A stretch of DNA of 64,000 bases, from assembly GCA_035499295.1 (NCBI GenBank), contig DATJZG010000150.1, positions 8,675 through 72,674 on the forward strand, written 5' to 3'. The notes below the pieces were generated by a model that saw nothing but the letters and a program-made list of their open reading frames with translations, was not told where the DNA came from and did no database searches. This stretch comes from Anaeromyxobacteraceae bacterium. GTDB lineage: Bacteria; Myxococcota; Myxococcia; Myxococcales; Anaeromyxobacteraceae. Positions 26,974-37,062 of the stretch are shown here, one piece after another. Both the position numbers and the translations under genes were made by a program. The number at the start of each line of letters is the position of its first letter. The stretch's first letter is position 1.

Positions 26974-27642
26974 TCAGCGCGCCGTCGCGGGCGCCTTCTC
27001 CTCCCGCGGCATGGTCCCGAAGACGTAGTCCCACAGCGGCGTCGACACCCCGAAGCGGGCCTCGGGGGACTTGAAGTGGTGCAGGTAGTGGTGGCGGCGC
27101 AGCCTCGCCCCGAGCTCGGTCCGCGGCTTCACGTGGTGGACCACGTAGTGGGTCATGTCGTACCAGAGGTAGCCGACGACGAGCCCGGCGAAGAAGGGGC
27201 GGAAGAGGTGCGGGCCGAGGGCGAGGTGGAGCGGCACCCCGAGGACGACGGCGAGCACGATGGACAGCACCGGCGGCATCACCAGGCGGTCCGGGTCGTG
27301 CGGCCAGTCGTGGTGCACGCCGTGGATGAGGAAGTGGACGTCCCGGGCGAGCTCGGACTTCTCGCTGGGGGTGAAGTGGAACACCCAGCGGTGGAGCACG
27401 TACTCGAGGAGCGTCCAGGAGGCGAGCCCGAGGGCGAGCGCGGCGGCGAAGGCGCCCGTGGAGAGCCCCGGGTCGAGAAGCCCGCGCCCCATCCAGTAGA
27501 GCGACGCCGGCACCCAGACCACCAGGACGTGCCAGGGCTTCACCCGGGACAGGTTCTTCTCGATCCAGTCGACGCGGAACATCCGCGGGCTCCCGTTCTG
27601 CGGGGCATGGGGCCCAGGCGTACGCGGCTCGAGCCAGAACAT
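26974..27642 (-). CDS. Fatty acid hydroxylase / sterol desaturase superfamily membrane protein
   Basis: ATG at 27642 preceded by GGAGAGGAGAGG. The histidine boxes are HRWVFH, HGVHH and HHYLHH. Confidence 0.8.
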   Translation of the reverse strand: MFWLEPRTPGPHAPQNGSPRMFRVDWIEKNLSRVKPWHVLVVWVPASLYWMGRGLLDPGLSTGAFAAALALGLASWTLLEYVLHRWVFHFTPSEKSELARDVHFLIHGVHHDWPHDPDRLVMPPVLSIVLAVVLGVPLHLALGPHLFRPFFAGLVVGYLWYDMTHYVVHHVKPRTELGARLRRHHYLHHFKSPEARFGVSTPLWDYVFGTMPREEKAPATAR

Positions 27643-27796
27643 GCGACCTCTCCTCTCCGTTGTGCTGCGGGACGTGAGTATTAGCAGGCCCGGCGCCGCT
27701 TCGCATCCACCGGATGGGGACGGAAGCGGGAGCGGGAACGGCCTTCCCGTCAAGCCCTTGCGGGCTCGCCCCGGGCGTGGGAAGAGGCACGCCCCG

Positions 27797-29842
27797 ATGC
27801 TCGACCTCTCGACCCTCAACCCGCCCCAGCGAGAGGCGGTGACGGCTCCCGAGGGGCCGCTCCTCGTCCTAGCGGGAGCCGGCTCCGGGAAGACCCGGGT
27901 CATCGCCCACCGCGTCGCCTGGCTCCTGGAGGAGGGGGCGGCGCCGGAGTCGATCCTCGCCGTCACCTTCACCAACAAGGCGGCGGCCGAGATGAAGGAG
28001 CGCATCCGGGCGCTCGCCGGGGCGGCGGGAGCGCGGGTTCGCATCTCGACCTTCCACGGCTTCGGGCTGTGGCTCCTCGAGCAGGAGCACGTCGCGGCCG
28101 GGCTGCCGCGCCGCTTCACCGTCTGCGACGCCGGCGACCAGGCGACTCTCCTCAAGAACTGCATGCGGGAGGTGAAGGTGGAGGACCGGGGCTTCGACCT
28201 GCGCCGGCTCCTCGCCATCGTCTCGCGCGCCAAGGCCGCGCTCCTGGAGGAGATCCCGGTGCGCCCGGAGGGGCAGGGGGACGACTACGACCTCGCCGCC
28301 GCCCACCTGTTCCCGCGCTACCGCGACGCCCTGCGAGCGCGGCGGGCGGTGGACTTCGACGACCTCATCGCCCGGCCGCTCGCGCTCCTCGCCCGGGAGG
28401 TCACCATTCGCGAGAAGTACCGCGGCCGCTTCCGCCACGTGCTCGTCGACGAGTACCAGGACACGAACGACGCCCAGCGGAGGATCCTGGAGCTCCTCTG
28501 CGGCGCCGAGGGAGGTCGCAAGGCGAGGGCGCCCTGGAGGGGCCGGAGCCTGTGCGCGGTGGGCGACGACGACCAGGCCATCTACGGCTGGCGCGGGGCG
28601 GAGGTGAAGAACATCCTCCGCTTCGAGCGGCACTTCCCCGGGGCGCGCCTGGTGCGCCTGGAGCAGAACTACCGCTCCACCGGCTCGATCCTGGAGTGCG
28701 CGAACGGCGTCATCGCCCGCTCGGCCGTGCGCCACGGGAAGCGGCTGTGGACGAGGGCCGCGAGCGGCGACCCGGTCCGGGTGGTGGCCCTCGCCGACGA
28801 GGAGGAGGAGGCCCGCTTCGTGGCCTCCGAGATCTGCCGGGCGCGCGCGGAGGGGAGGAGCCTCTCGGACTTCGCCGTCCTCTACCGGCTGAACGCCCAG
28901 AGCCGGCCCGTCGAGGAGGCCCTGCGCGAGGCCGGGATCCCGCATGCGGTCCGGGGAGGGCCGGCGTTCTTCGACCGCTCCGAGGTCCGGGACGTGCTCG
29001 CCTGGCTCAAGGTGTGCGCCGCTCCGCACGACGACGTCTCGCTCGCCCGGGTGGTGAACGTCCCCCCGCGCGGGATCGGAGACGTCTCGCTCGGGCGCCT
29101 GGCGGAGTGGGCCTCCGCGGAGGCGGTCCCCATCTGGAAGGCCCTCTCTCTCGCGTCCTCGGTCCCCGGTCTCCCGCGCGGGGCCGCCGAGAAGGCGGGG
29201 GACCTCGTCGCGCAGGTCGAGCGCTTCCGGGCCCGCTTCGGCGCCCTCCCGCTCGCCCAGGCGGCCCGGGCCATGGTGGAGGACCTCGGCCTCGCCGCCT
29301 GGCTGCGGTCGGGGGTGCAGTCGCGGGAGGCGGGGGAGCGCAGGGTGGCGGGCGTCGAGGGGGTGATCCGCTCGCTCGAGTCCTACGGGGAGAGGGAGCG
29401 CCACCCCTCGCTGGAAGGGTTCCTGAAGCGGCTCGCGCTCGACTCGCGCGACGAGGAGCCCGAGGACGCGGAGGGGGTGACGCTGCTCACCCTGCACGGC
29501 GCCAAGGGGCTCGAGTTCAAGGTGGTGTTCCTCGTCGGCTGCGAGGAGGACCTCCTCCCGGTGGCCGGCATCCAGGGGGACGCGCGCGACCTGGAGGAGG
29601 AGCGCCGCCTCGCCTACGTCGGCATCACGCGGGCGCGCGAGCGCCTGTGGATGACGTGGGCAAAGGTGCGCTTGAAGCGCGGGAGGATCGACCCGCGCAC
29701 CCCGAGCCGCTTTCTCTCCGACCTCCCGGCCGCGGCCCACCTCGAGCATGACCCCGCGGGGGGGGACGCCGCGGAGGACGCCGCGAGCCGCTCGGCGGAG
29801 GTGATGGCCGCGCTCCGCGCTCGCATGAACGTGGGACGCTAG
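27797..29842 (+). CDS. UvrD/Rep/PcrA-family ATP-dependent DNA helicase
   Basis: LNPPQREAV, AGAGSGKT, TFTNKAA, VLVDEYQDTN, VGDDDQAIYGWRGA, LEQNYRS, TLHGAKGLEF and RRLAYVGITRA are present. Confidence 0.9.
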   Translation: MLDLSTLNPPQREAVTAPEGPLLVLAGAGSGKTRVIAHRVAWLLEEGAAPESILAVTFTNKAAAEMKERIRALAGAAGARVRISTFHGFGLWLLEQEHVAAGLPRRFTVCDAGDQATLLKNCMREVKVEDRGFDLRRLLAIVSRAKAALLEEIPVRPEGQGDDYDLAAAHLFPRYRDALRARRAVDFDDLIARPLALLAREVTIREKYRGRFRHVLVDEYQDTNDAQRRILELLCGAEGGRKARAPWRGRSLCAVGDDDQAIYGWRGAEVKNILRFERHFPGARLVRLEQNYRSTGSILECANGVIARSAVRHGKRLWTRAASGDPVRVVALADEEEEARFVASEICRARAEGRSLSDFAVLYRLNAQSRPVEEALREAGIPHAVRGGPAFFDRSEVRDVLAWLKVCAAPHDDVSLARVVNVPPRGIGDVSLGRLAEWASAEAVPIWKALSLASSVPGLPRGAAEKAGDLVAQVERFRARFGALPLAQAARAMVEDLGLAAWLRSGVQSREAGERRVAGVEGVIRSLESYGERERHPSLEGFLKRLALDSRDEEPEDAEGVTLLTLHGAKGLEFKVVFLVGCEEDLLPVAGIQGDARDLEEERRLAYVGITRARERLWMTWAKVRLKRGRIDPRTPSRFLSDLPAAAHLEHDPAGGDAAEDAASRSAEVMAALRARMNVGR

Positions 29843-29998
29843 GCGAGAGGGGCCCCACGAGGGGGCTTCCGCAGTTCACGTTGGGGCATATGGTCGGTGG
29901 CCGCGCGGGGCCTTTGCCTTGACAACACCGCCACCTCGCACAAAAGGAACTCAACCGGGCGCGCGGGAAGCGACCGAGACACGGAGGGAGATCTCCAA

Positions 29999-30739
29999 AT
30001 GAAGCGATCGATCGGGACGTGGTTGGCCGTCGCCGTAGCCGCGCTGCCGCTCGCGGCGCAAGCTCAGTCGAAGGGCACGGGCGACTTCAGCGTCGTCGGT
30101 GCGGAGGTCAACACCGGGAAGCCGGTCGAGACCTTCAAGGTCGGGTTCCCCGGCGCGGACTTCGGCTACGACATCAGCCTCTCGAAGACCATCGACATCA
30201 CGCCGACGTTCAGCCTGCTGTGGTCGTACGGGGGCATGACGGTCTACACCCCGTTCGGCCTGGGGCTCTCGGCGCCCATCCGCTTCGAGCTCGGGAAGGT
30301 GGGGGACGGAAACCTGCTCTTCCACGTCGACCCCGGGATCGCCATCTACTTCGGCCCCAGCATCTGCTCGGGCCTGAGCGGACTCGCGCTCGCGCTCTGC
30401 CAGGAGGCGGGGAGCAACATCCAGGTGGGGGTCTTGAACGGCACGCAGTTCGCCATCGCCTTCCCGGTCGGCGTCGTCCTCGGTTTCCCCATCAAGGACG
30501 TGCCCGGGCTGGAGATCGGCGGCGGGCTCGACGTCCAACTCGCCGCGGTGGTGACGAGCCCCTTCAACTTCTACATCGGCCCGTGGGCGGGCCCGTACGT
30601 CGAGTACCACTTCGCGAAGCCAGCCGGGCTCGCCATCGGTCTCGACACCCGGTTCGGCGCCGGCATCAACACCGCGAGCGGCTACGGCACCTGGTTCGCC
30701 TTCCGGGTCCAGGGGTTCGTGGGCTACCGGCTCTTCTGA
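29999..30739 (+). CDS. Small beta-barrel outer-membrane protein (paralog 1)
   Basis: Signal peptide is MKRSIGTWLAVAVAALPLAAQA. The sequence has alternating-hydrophobic strands and ends in FVGYRLF. RBS is GGAGGGAG. Confidence 0.7.
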   Translation: MKRSIGTWLAVAVAALPLAAQAQSKGTGDFSVVGAEVNTGKPVETFKVGFPGADFGYDISLSKTIDITPTFSLLWSYGGMTVYTPFGLGLSAPIRFELGKVGDGNLLFHVDPGIAIYFGPSICSGLSGLALALCQEAGSNIQVGVLNGTQFAIAFPVGVVLGFPIKDVPGLEIGGGLDVQLAAVVTSPFNFYIGPWAGPYVEYHFAKPAGLAIGLDTRFGAGINTASGYGTWFAFRVQGFVGYRLF

Positions 30740-30754
30740 AGCTCGTGAGGGAGC

Positions 30755-30815
30755 GAGCTCGCCCGGAGGGGCCGCGACGCGTTGGATGGCCGCGCCGCGT
30801 CCCCCGGGCGAGCTC
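30755..30815 (+). terminator. Long GC-rich hairpin downstream of the OMP gene (terminator-like, no clear U-tract)
   Basis: GAGCTCGCCCGG(A)GGGG...CCCCCGGGCGAGCTC is an inverted repeat with 12 perfect outer base pairs plus further imperfect pairing. Confidence 0.35.
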
Positions 30816-31042
30816 CGCCTTGCCTTTCGGAGACGCCCGCGGCAGGTCGCAGGCCGAGCTCGGCCGCGCTCCGCACACGGGCCGGCCGAAAGGCGGGTGA
30901 GGAACTGTAGGCCTCCCCGGGCGAGCGTCATCCCTGAGGATTCGGCTGCCGTACCCCCTCCCTACCGGGAGCTTGCACCGGAGGGAGCCGTGGCGGATGT
31001 TACGCGCCGGATTTCTCGGGATCGACCTGCCCCGGAGGGGAG

Positions 31043-31723
31043 ATGGCTCGCATCACCCGCATCGGCGTACTGGCGGCGGCCGCGCTCGCCGCGTCCCCGC
31101 TCACACGGGCCCGGGCCGACGAGGGGCCCCTCATCGGCAAGGGGCTCGGCTCCTGGAGCGTGGTCGGCGCCGAGGTGGACTCGGCCAAGCCGGTCATCGA
31201 CGTCCAGGCCGGATGGCCGAGCACCACCTTCGGGTACACCTTCGCGCTCTCGCGCACCTCGGACATCGGGATCCGCCTCGGGCTCCTCTACGGGTACGAG
31301 GGCACCACCGCGACCCAGTTCGGCCTCTCCCTCTACTTCCCGCTCCGCTTCGAGCTGCCGGGGAACCGCGACGTGCACTGGCTCTTCCACGTCGATCCCG
31401 GCCTCAAGATCTACACCGAGGAAACCGCCGCCTTCGGGTTCCAGTTCCCGATCGGGATCGTGGTGGGATTCCCCGTCCGGCACGGGCTCGAGGTCGGCCT
31501 GGGCATCGACTTCAACATGACCCTGCTCGTCACCGGAGTGGCCTCGCCGCGCTTCATCTTCGGGCCGATGGTCGGGCCCTACGTCGAGTACCACCTGCAG
31601 CCCAACCTGTCGCTCGGCCTCAACACCCGCTTCGGCGCCGCGATCCAGGCCGAGAACCAGCCCGTCGGCACGTTCACCGACTTCGCCTTCGTGACGCAGC
31701 TCTTCCTCGGCTACCGGCTGTGA
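31043..31723 (+). CDS. Small beta-barrel outer-membrane protein (paralog 2)
   Basis: It has a signal peptide. It shares blocks with 29999-30739: SVVGAEV...KPV, FGY...LS.T.DI, LFHVDPG..IY, FP.G.V.GFP, GP..GPYVEYH and the ending GYRL. Confidence 0.7.
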   Translation: MARITRIGVLAAAALAASPLTRARADEGPLIGKGLGSWSVVGAEVDSAKPVIDVQAGWPSTTFGYTFALSRTSDIGIRLGLLYGYEGTTATQFGLSLYFPLRFELPGNRDVHWLFHVDPGLKIYTEETAAFGFQFPIGIVVGFPVRHGLEVGLGIDFNMTLLVTGVASPRFIFGPMVGPYVEYHLQPNLSLGLNTRFGAAIQAENQPVGTFTDFAFVTQLFLGYRL

Positions 31724-31802
31724 GCTGCGGGCGCGGGCCCGGTGGGGCGGAAATCTACGACTGCTCATGCAGCGGACATCTCTCGTGCCGGCGGCGTAGT
31801 CC

Positions 31803-31831
31803 TTGACAAAAGTGGGGCCATCCGCTAGGTA
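31803..31831 (+). promoter_or_regulatory. sigma70-like promoter TTGACA-N17-TAGGTA upstream of rplM-rpsI
   Basis: Hexamers at 31803-31808 and 31826-31831, 37 nt upstream of the rplM ATG. Confidence 0.5.
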
Positions 31832-31867
31832 CGCCGCTTCCGAATCACTCGAAACACCAGGTTTTTC

Positions 31868-32314
31868 ATGAACAACGGCACTCACAGCACCACCCAGAGC
31901 GAGGCGCTCCGGGGGCGGAAGTGGTGGATCGTCGACGCCGACGGGCTGACCGTCGGCCGGGCCGCATCCCGCATCGCCACCCTCCTGAAGGGCAAGCACA
32001 AGCCCTCCTACACGCCGTCGCTCGACACCGGGGACTTCGTGGTGGTGGTGAACGCGGGCAAGGTCCGGTTCACCGGCAAGAAGGAGAAGGAGAAGCTCTA
32101 CTTCTCCCACACCATGCACCCCGGCGGCGCGAAGCTCACGCCCGCGGAAAAGGTCCGCGCCCGCCACCCGGAGGACATCCTGGCGGAGGCGGTGAAGCGC
32201 ATGCTTCCCCGCAACTCGCTCGGCCGCGCCATGCTGAAGAAGCTCAAGGTCTACCCGGCCGACCAGCACCCGCACGCGGCGCAGAAGCCCGAGCCGCTGA
32301 AGCTCTTCGCCTAG
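31868..32314 (+). CDS. rplM: 50S ribosomal protein L13
   Basis: [44 protein letters not shown] and MLPRN.LGR are present. Confidence 0.95.
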   Translation: MNNGTHSTTQSEALRGRKWWIVDADGLTVGRAASRIATLLKGKHKPSYTPSLDTGDFVVVVNAGKVRFTGKKEKEKLYFSHTMHPGGAKLTPAEKVRARHPEDILAEAVKRMLPRNSLGRAMLKKLKVYPADQHPHAAQKPEPLKLFA

Positions 32315-32325
32315 AGGGAAACGAG

Positions 32326-32718
32326 ATGGCATCTCTGCTTCGCATCAACACCGGTCGGCGCAAGGAGTCGGTGGCGCGCGTGCGCATCACCCCGGGCAGC
32401 GGCACCATCACGGTGAACGGCCGGCCCCTCGACGAGTACTTCGGGCGCGAGACCTCCAAGATGATCCTGGTCGAGCCGCTCAAGCTCATCGACCAGGTGG
32501 GCAAGCTCGACATCCTGGTGAACACGCACGGCGGCGGGCACTCCGGCCAGGCCGGTGCCATCCGCCACGGCATCTCTCGCGCGCTCGTCGCCTTCAACCC
32601 CGAGTGGCGCCCAGTCCTGAAGAAGGCGGGCTTCCTCACGCGCGACGCCCGCGCGGTCGAGCGCAAGAAGTACGGCCGCCCCGGAGCCCGCAAGCGCTTC
32701 CAGTTCTCCAAGCGCTAG
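32326..32718 (+). CDS. rpsI: 30S ribosomal protein S9
   Basis: [29 protein letters not shown] and the C-terminal [25 protein letters not shown] are present. Confidence 0.95.
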   Translation: MASLLRINTGRRKESVARVRITPGSGTITVNGRPLDEYFGRETSKMILVEPLKLIDQVGKLDILVNTHGGGHSGQAGAIRHGISRALVAFNPEWRPVLKKAGFLTRDARAVERKKYGRPGARKRFQFSKR

Positions 32719-32882
32719 CGAGAGCCCGTCACTCCCGTCGCGCTCGCGGCCGGCTCCCTCGGGACGCCGGCCGCGCCGCTTCCGGGGCTTTCCGCTGTGG
32801 GTTCTCCTCCGACAGCGCCCCCGCGCCGGCGCCGGGACGCGGCGTGGCGAGGGGCCCCCCCAAGTGGTACGCTTCGCTGGGC

Positions 32883-34148
32883 ATGGAGCTGAACGAGATC
32901 CTGCAGATCGCGCTCCGATCGGGCGCGAGCGACATTCACCTGAAGGCTGGGCTGCCGCCGATGTTCCGCATCGACGGCTCGCTCGTGCCGCTGAAGGACG
33001 CTCGCCGCCTTCCGCCCGAGGAGATCGCTCGGATGGCCCTCGGCATCATGAGCGACTACCAGAAGGAGAAGTACAAGCAGACGAACGAGGTGGACCTCGC
33101 CTACGGCGTCCCCGGCCTGGGCCGCTTCCGCGTGAACGTCTTCCAGCAGCGCGGCACCCTCGGGGTGGTGCTCCGCGTCATCCCCTTCAAGATCCAGACG
33201 ATCGAGCAGCTGATGCTCCCGAAGGTGCTGGAGAAGATCGCCTCCGAGCAGCGCGGACTCATCCTCGTCACCGGCACCACCGGATCCGGCAAGTCGACCA
33301 CGCTCGCGGCGATGATCGACTACGTCAACGCCAACGAGACCTGCCACATCATGACGATCGAGGACCCGATCGAGTTCCTGGTCCGCGACAAGCGCTCGAT
33401 CGTGAACCAGCGCGAGGTGGGCGTCGACACCATGAGCTTCGGGCAGGCGCTGAAGAGCGCGCTCCGCCAGGACCCCGACGTCATCCTGGTGGGCGAGATG
33501 CGCGACCTCGAGACCATCGAGACCGCGCTCACCGCCGCCGAGACCGGCCACCTGGTGATGTCCACGCTCCACACCCTCGACGCCACCGAGACCGTGAACC
33601 GGATCATCTCCGCCTTCCCGCCCTACCAGCAGAAGCAGGTGCGGCTCCAGCTCGGCTCGGTGCTGAAGGCGGTCATCAGCCAGCGCCTCGTGCCGCGGGC
33701 GGACGGGCGCGGCCGCGTCCCGGCCATCGAGGTGCTTCTCGCCACCGGCCGGGTCCGGGAGCTCATCGAGGACAAGGACCGCACCAAGGAGATCCCCGAC
33801 GCCATCGCGCAGGGCAACGTCTCCTACGGGATGCAGACCTTCGACCAGAGCCTGATGTGGCTCCTCAAGTCGGGCGTCATCAGCTACGAGGAGGCCCTGC
33901 GCCAGGCCACCAACCCCGACGACTTCGCCCTGCGCGTCTCGGGCATCTCCGGCACGAGCGACTCGAAGTGGGACGCCTTCGAGAAGTCTCCGGAGGGGGC
34001 AGGAGCGGCGGGGGCGCCCGCCGCGGGCCGCCCCGCGCAGGCGGCGGCCCTCGGCCGGGTCACCCCGGTGAGGGGCGCGCCGCGCCCGGCGGAGCCGGCT
34101 GCCAAGGGGCCGCACGCCGAGGACGACTTTCAGATCGAGCGCTTCTAG
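32883..34148 (+). CDS. pilT: Type IV pilus twitching-motility ATPase (PilT family) with a low-complexity C-terminal tail
   Basis: ASDIHL, GLILVTGTTGSGKSTT (Walker A), IMTIEDPIEF, DPDVILVGEMRD (Walker B) and TGHLVMSTLHT are present. Confidence 0.9.
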   Translation: MELNEILQIALRSGASDIHLKAGLPPMFRIDGSLVPLKDARRLPPEEIARMALGIMSDYQKEKYKQTNEVDLAYGVPGLGRFRVNVFQQRGTLGVVLRVIPFKIQTIEQLMLPKVLEKIASEQRGLILVTGTTGSGKSTTLAAMIDYVNANETCHIMTIEDPIEFLVRDKRSIVNQREVGVDTMSFGQALKSALRQDPDVILVGEMRDLETIETALTAAETGHLVMSTLHTLDATETVNRIISAFPPYQQKQVRLQLGSVLKAVISQRLVPRADGRGRVPAIEVLLATGRVRELIEDKDRTKEIPDAIAQGNVSYGMQTFDQSLMWLLKSGVISYEEALRQATNPDDFALRVSGISGTSDSKWDAFEKSPEGAGAAGAPAAGRPAQAAALGRVTPVRGAPRPAEPAAKGPHAEDDFQIERF

Positions 34149-34187
34149 CGATCGCCCGGGCTGCCCGCCCGGTTACACTGCTCTACC

Positions 34188-34682
34188 TTGGACGAGTCTC
34201 CCCTCGCGCGGGCGCGGGCGAAGGCCCTGCGCCTCCTCGCCGCCCGGCCGCGGACGGCGGCCGAGATCCGCGCCCGCCTGGAGCGCGCCGGCCACCAGGC
34301 GGAGGCGGGGGAGGTCCTCTCGTGGCTCGAGGGGCTCGGCTACCTCGACGACGAGGCCTACGCCAGGGCGCGGGCGGAGAGCCTGCTCGCCCCGGGACGG
34401 CTCGGGCCCCGCATGGCCGAGAGGCGCCTCGCCAGCGCCGGCATCCCGCCCGAGATGGCGCGGCGGGCGATCGCCGGAGCGCTCGGGGCGGGGGAGGGGG
34501 CCCGGGGCGTCGAGGCGGCGCGCTGCCGGGCCCTGGCGGCCCGGCGGGCGCCCGGGCCCCTCGGCGAGCTCGACGAGAAGGAGCGGGCGCGCCTCGCCCG
34601 CTTCCTCCTCGGGCGCGGCTTCTCGGGCGCGGCGGTCTCGGCGACACTCGGGGTGCACGTGGACGACGACTTCGGTCGCTGA
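34188..34682 (+). CDS. recX: RecX-family regulatory protein
   Basis: A..LLA.RPRTAAEIRARL, YLDDEAYA and the repeated three-helix pattern fit RecX. TTG start. Confidence 0.7.
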   Translation: MDESPLARARAKALRLLAARPRTAAEIRARLERAGHQAEAGEVLSWLEGLGYLDDEAYARARAESLLAPGRLGPRMAERRLASAGIPPEMARRAIAGALGAGEGARGVEAARCRALAARRAPGPLGELDEKERARLARFLLGRGFSGAAVSATLGVHVDDDFGR

Positions 34683-34683
34683 T

Positions 34684-35508
34684 ATGTTTCGCGCCCCGAT
34701 GCGCCGGAAATCGACCGCGCCGCTGGCGGCGGCCCTCCTCGCCCTCTTCCTCTCCGCCTGCGCCAGGAAGGCCCCGGCGGTGAAGTACGAGAGCCCGGCC
34801 GAGGAGGACTACGCGGCCGCCACCCGGCTCCTCGACAGCCACGACTTCGTCGACGCGCAGAAGATGTTCGAGCGGGTGCGCACCAAGTACCCCTACTCGA
34901 AGTACTCGGCGCTCTCGGACCTCCGGCTCGCCGACCTCAAGTTCGCCCAGCAGAAGTACGTGGAGGCGGCCGACGCCTACACCACCTTCGTGAAGCTCCA
35001 TCCCAACAACCCCGAGGTGGACTACGCCGCGTATCGCTCGGCGGTGTCGCGCTGGCAAGAGGCCCCGAGCGACTTCTTCTTCTTCCCCCCGGTCTACGAG
35101 CGGGACCTCACCCAGGTGATCCAGGCGGAGGCCGCCATCTCCGACTTCCTGAAGAAGTACCCGGACTCGAAGTACCTGGCGGAGGCGAAGGCGCTCCAGG
35201 CGAAGATCCAGGGCATCATGATGGCGCGCGACTGGTACGCCTTCGAGTTCTACCAGAAGCGGGAGAAGTGGCAGGGCTGCGCCTACCGGCTGGAGCGCAT
35301 CCTCAAGGACTTCCCGGGCAACCCGCGCGAGCCCGAGGCGCTCTACGAGCTCGCGGGCGCGTACGCGAAGCTCCAGGAGCGCTACCGCGCCCAGCAGGCG
35401 CTGCAGCAGCTCATCGTGCGCTACCCCGCGAGCTCCTACAAGCCGCGGGCGGAGAAGCTCCTTGCGGACCTCCGGTCGCAGCCCGAGCCGGCGAAGCCCA
35501 ACCAGTGA
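34684..35508 (+). CDS. bamD: Outer-membrane protein assembly factor BamD (lipoprotein, TPR-like)
   Basis: Lipobox is LFLSAC. Also present are KYPYSKYSALSDLRLADLKF, FLKKYPDSKYLAEA and MARDWYAFEFYQKREKW. Confidence 0.85.
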   Translation: MFRAPMRRKSTAPLAAALLALFLSACARKAPAVKYESPAEEDYAAATRLLDSHDFVDAQKMFERVRTKYPYSKYSALSDLRLADLKFAQQKYVEAADAYTTFVKLHPNNPEVDYAAYRSAVSRWQEAPSDFFFFPPVYERDLTQVIQAEAAISDFLKKYPDSKYLAEAKALQAKIQGIMMARDWYAFEFYQKREKWQGCAYRLERILKDFPGNPREPEALYELAGAYAKLQERYRAQQALQQLIVRYPASSYKPRAEKLLADLRSQPEPAKPNQ

Positions 35509-36274
35509 CCTGGGGCTGGGAAGCCGCCGCTTCCGCCCGAGCTTCCGCCACGGCGCCCCCTACCTCGTGCCGCTGCTGCTCGCGGGCGGCGCCGCCGCGG
35601 CCCTGTGGATCTGGCGCGGAGAGATCGCCACCGCCGGCAGCTCGCTGACGCTCGAGAGCCCCGAGACCCAGGTGAGGAGGGCGCTCGAGCACCAGAACCG
35701 GGCCCACCTCGAGGACGTCTACGGCTTCCAGTCCGGCGGCACCCTGGAGCTCGTGCCGGTGCGCTACTCGGAGGTGGTGCCGCAGGTGGAGGGGAACCGC
35801 GCCACGGTGGTGGCGCTGCTCGACGCCGAGGGCCGGGCCGCCTGGCGCGATCGCAAGGCCGAGGTCTCCTACATCGGGCGCGAGCAGTTCCACATGAAGC
35901 CCTGCACCATCGCGCTCTGGTGCGCGGAGGGGGACCAGTTCTCGCGGCTGCGCGGCGTGCTGCGCACCCTCTTTCGCCGTCTCGACGCCGAGGAGGGGCG
36001 CGACCCCGCCGCCTACGCGGCCCTCGTGTCGGCCGGCTACCGGGACGGCACCGCCGACCGGGCCGCGCTCCTCGCCCGGCTCCGGGCCGAGCTCTCGCGC
36101 CCGCCGCCGGGCGCGGTGCGCCTGGTGGCATGGCAGGTGCGGGTCGATCGCGACGGGGCCGAGGTGGGAGAGGACCGGGAGGTCACCGCCCCGGGCGGCG
36201 AAACCCGGCGAGGCCGCTCGCGATATCGCCTGGTGCGCGAGGGCGAGCGCTGGCTGTTCGCGTCGGGCCTGTGA
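35462..36274 (+). CDS. Membrane-anchored hypothetical protein (start uncertain)
   Basis: A single TM segment (YLVPLLLAGGAAAALWIW) is followed by a soluble domain. The TTG at 35462 overlaps bamD by 47 nt, and no better start is visible. Confidence 0.45.
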   Translation: MRTSGRSPSRRSPTSDLGLGSRRFRPSFRHGAPYLVPLLLAGGAAAALWIWRGEIATAGSSLTLESPETQVRRALEHQNRAHLEDVYGFQSGGTLELVPVRYSEVVPQVEGNRATVVALLDAEGRAAWRDRKAEVSYIGREQFHMKPCTIALWCAEGDQFSRLRGVLRTLFRRLDAEEGRDPAAYAALVSAGYRDGTADRAALLARLRAELSRPPPGAVRLVAWQVRVDRDGAEVGEDREVTAPGGETRRGRSRYRLVREGERWLFASGL

Positions 36275-36318
36275 GGCGGGAGCCCAGGTGGTAGACTTCG
36301 CCCTTCCGGGAGAATGCG

Positions 36319-37050
36319 ATGGACGACCTCCTCAAGGAAAAACTGGCGCTGGGGCGCTTCCATTACACTCGCAAGGAGTTCGCCCGCGCCGAGCAGTACC
36401 TGACCCAGGTGGTGGAGGAGAACCAGTCGTTCGCCGACGTCTACAACATGCTCGGCGTCTGCTACCACGACCAGGGGCAGTACCAGAAGGCGCAGCGCGC
36501 CTTCGAGGCGGCCCTGCGCATCAACCCCGGCTACACCGACGCCGCGCTCAACCTGGCCATCACCTACAACGACACCGGCAAGTACCGGGAGGCCCAGGAG
36601 GCGTACCAGCAGGCGCTCATGCGCTCCGGCGCCGCCCCCGGCCGGCTCGACCACTTCGTGCGCGGCAAGCTCGCCAACATGTACGCCGAGGTCGGGGACG
36701 TCTACCTCTCCTCCGGCCTCTACGCCGAGGCCATCGCCGAGTACCAGCGGGCGCTCAGCCTCTGCCCCACCTTCGTGGACATCCGGGCGCAGCTCGCCGG
36801 CGCCTACCGCGACTGGGGGCGCCGCGACGAGGCCATCGCCGAGTACTCGGAGATCGTGCGCCAGAACCCGAACTTCATCCCTGCTCGGCTCAACCTGGGG
36901 CTGTGCCTGTACGCCGCCGGGCAGAGGCAGCTCGCGGCCGAGCAGTGGGACACGGTGCTGCGCGTCTCCCCCGGCAACCGGAGCGCCGAGATGTACCTCA
37001 AGTTCGCGGGCACGAACGGCGCCGATGCGTCGCCGGCCGCCTCCACCTAG
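36319..37050 (+). CDS. Tetratricopeptide-repeat protein
   Basis: There are several 34-aa TPR units ([55 protein letters not shown], and others). Confidence 0.8.
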   Translation: MDDLLKEKLALGRFHYTRKEFARAEQYLTQVVEENQSFADVYNMLGVCYHDQGQYQKAQRAFEAALRINPGYTDAALNLAITYNDTGKYREAQEAYQQALMRSGAAPGRLDHFVRGKLANMYAEVGDVYLSSGLYAEAIAEYQRALSLCPTFVDIRAQLAGAYRDWGRRDEAIAEYSEIVRQNPNFIPARLNLGLCLYAAGQRQLAAEQWDTVLRVSPGNRSAEMYLKFAGTNGADASPAAST

Positions 37051-37062
37051 AATAGACCCCCT

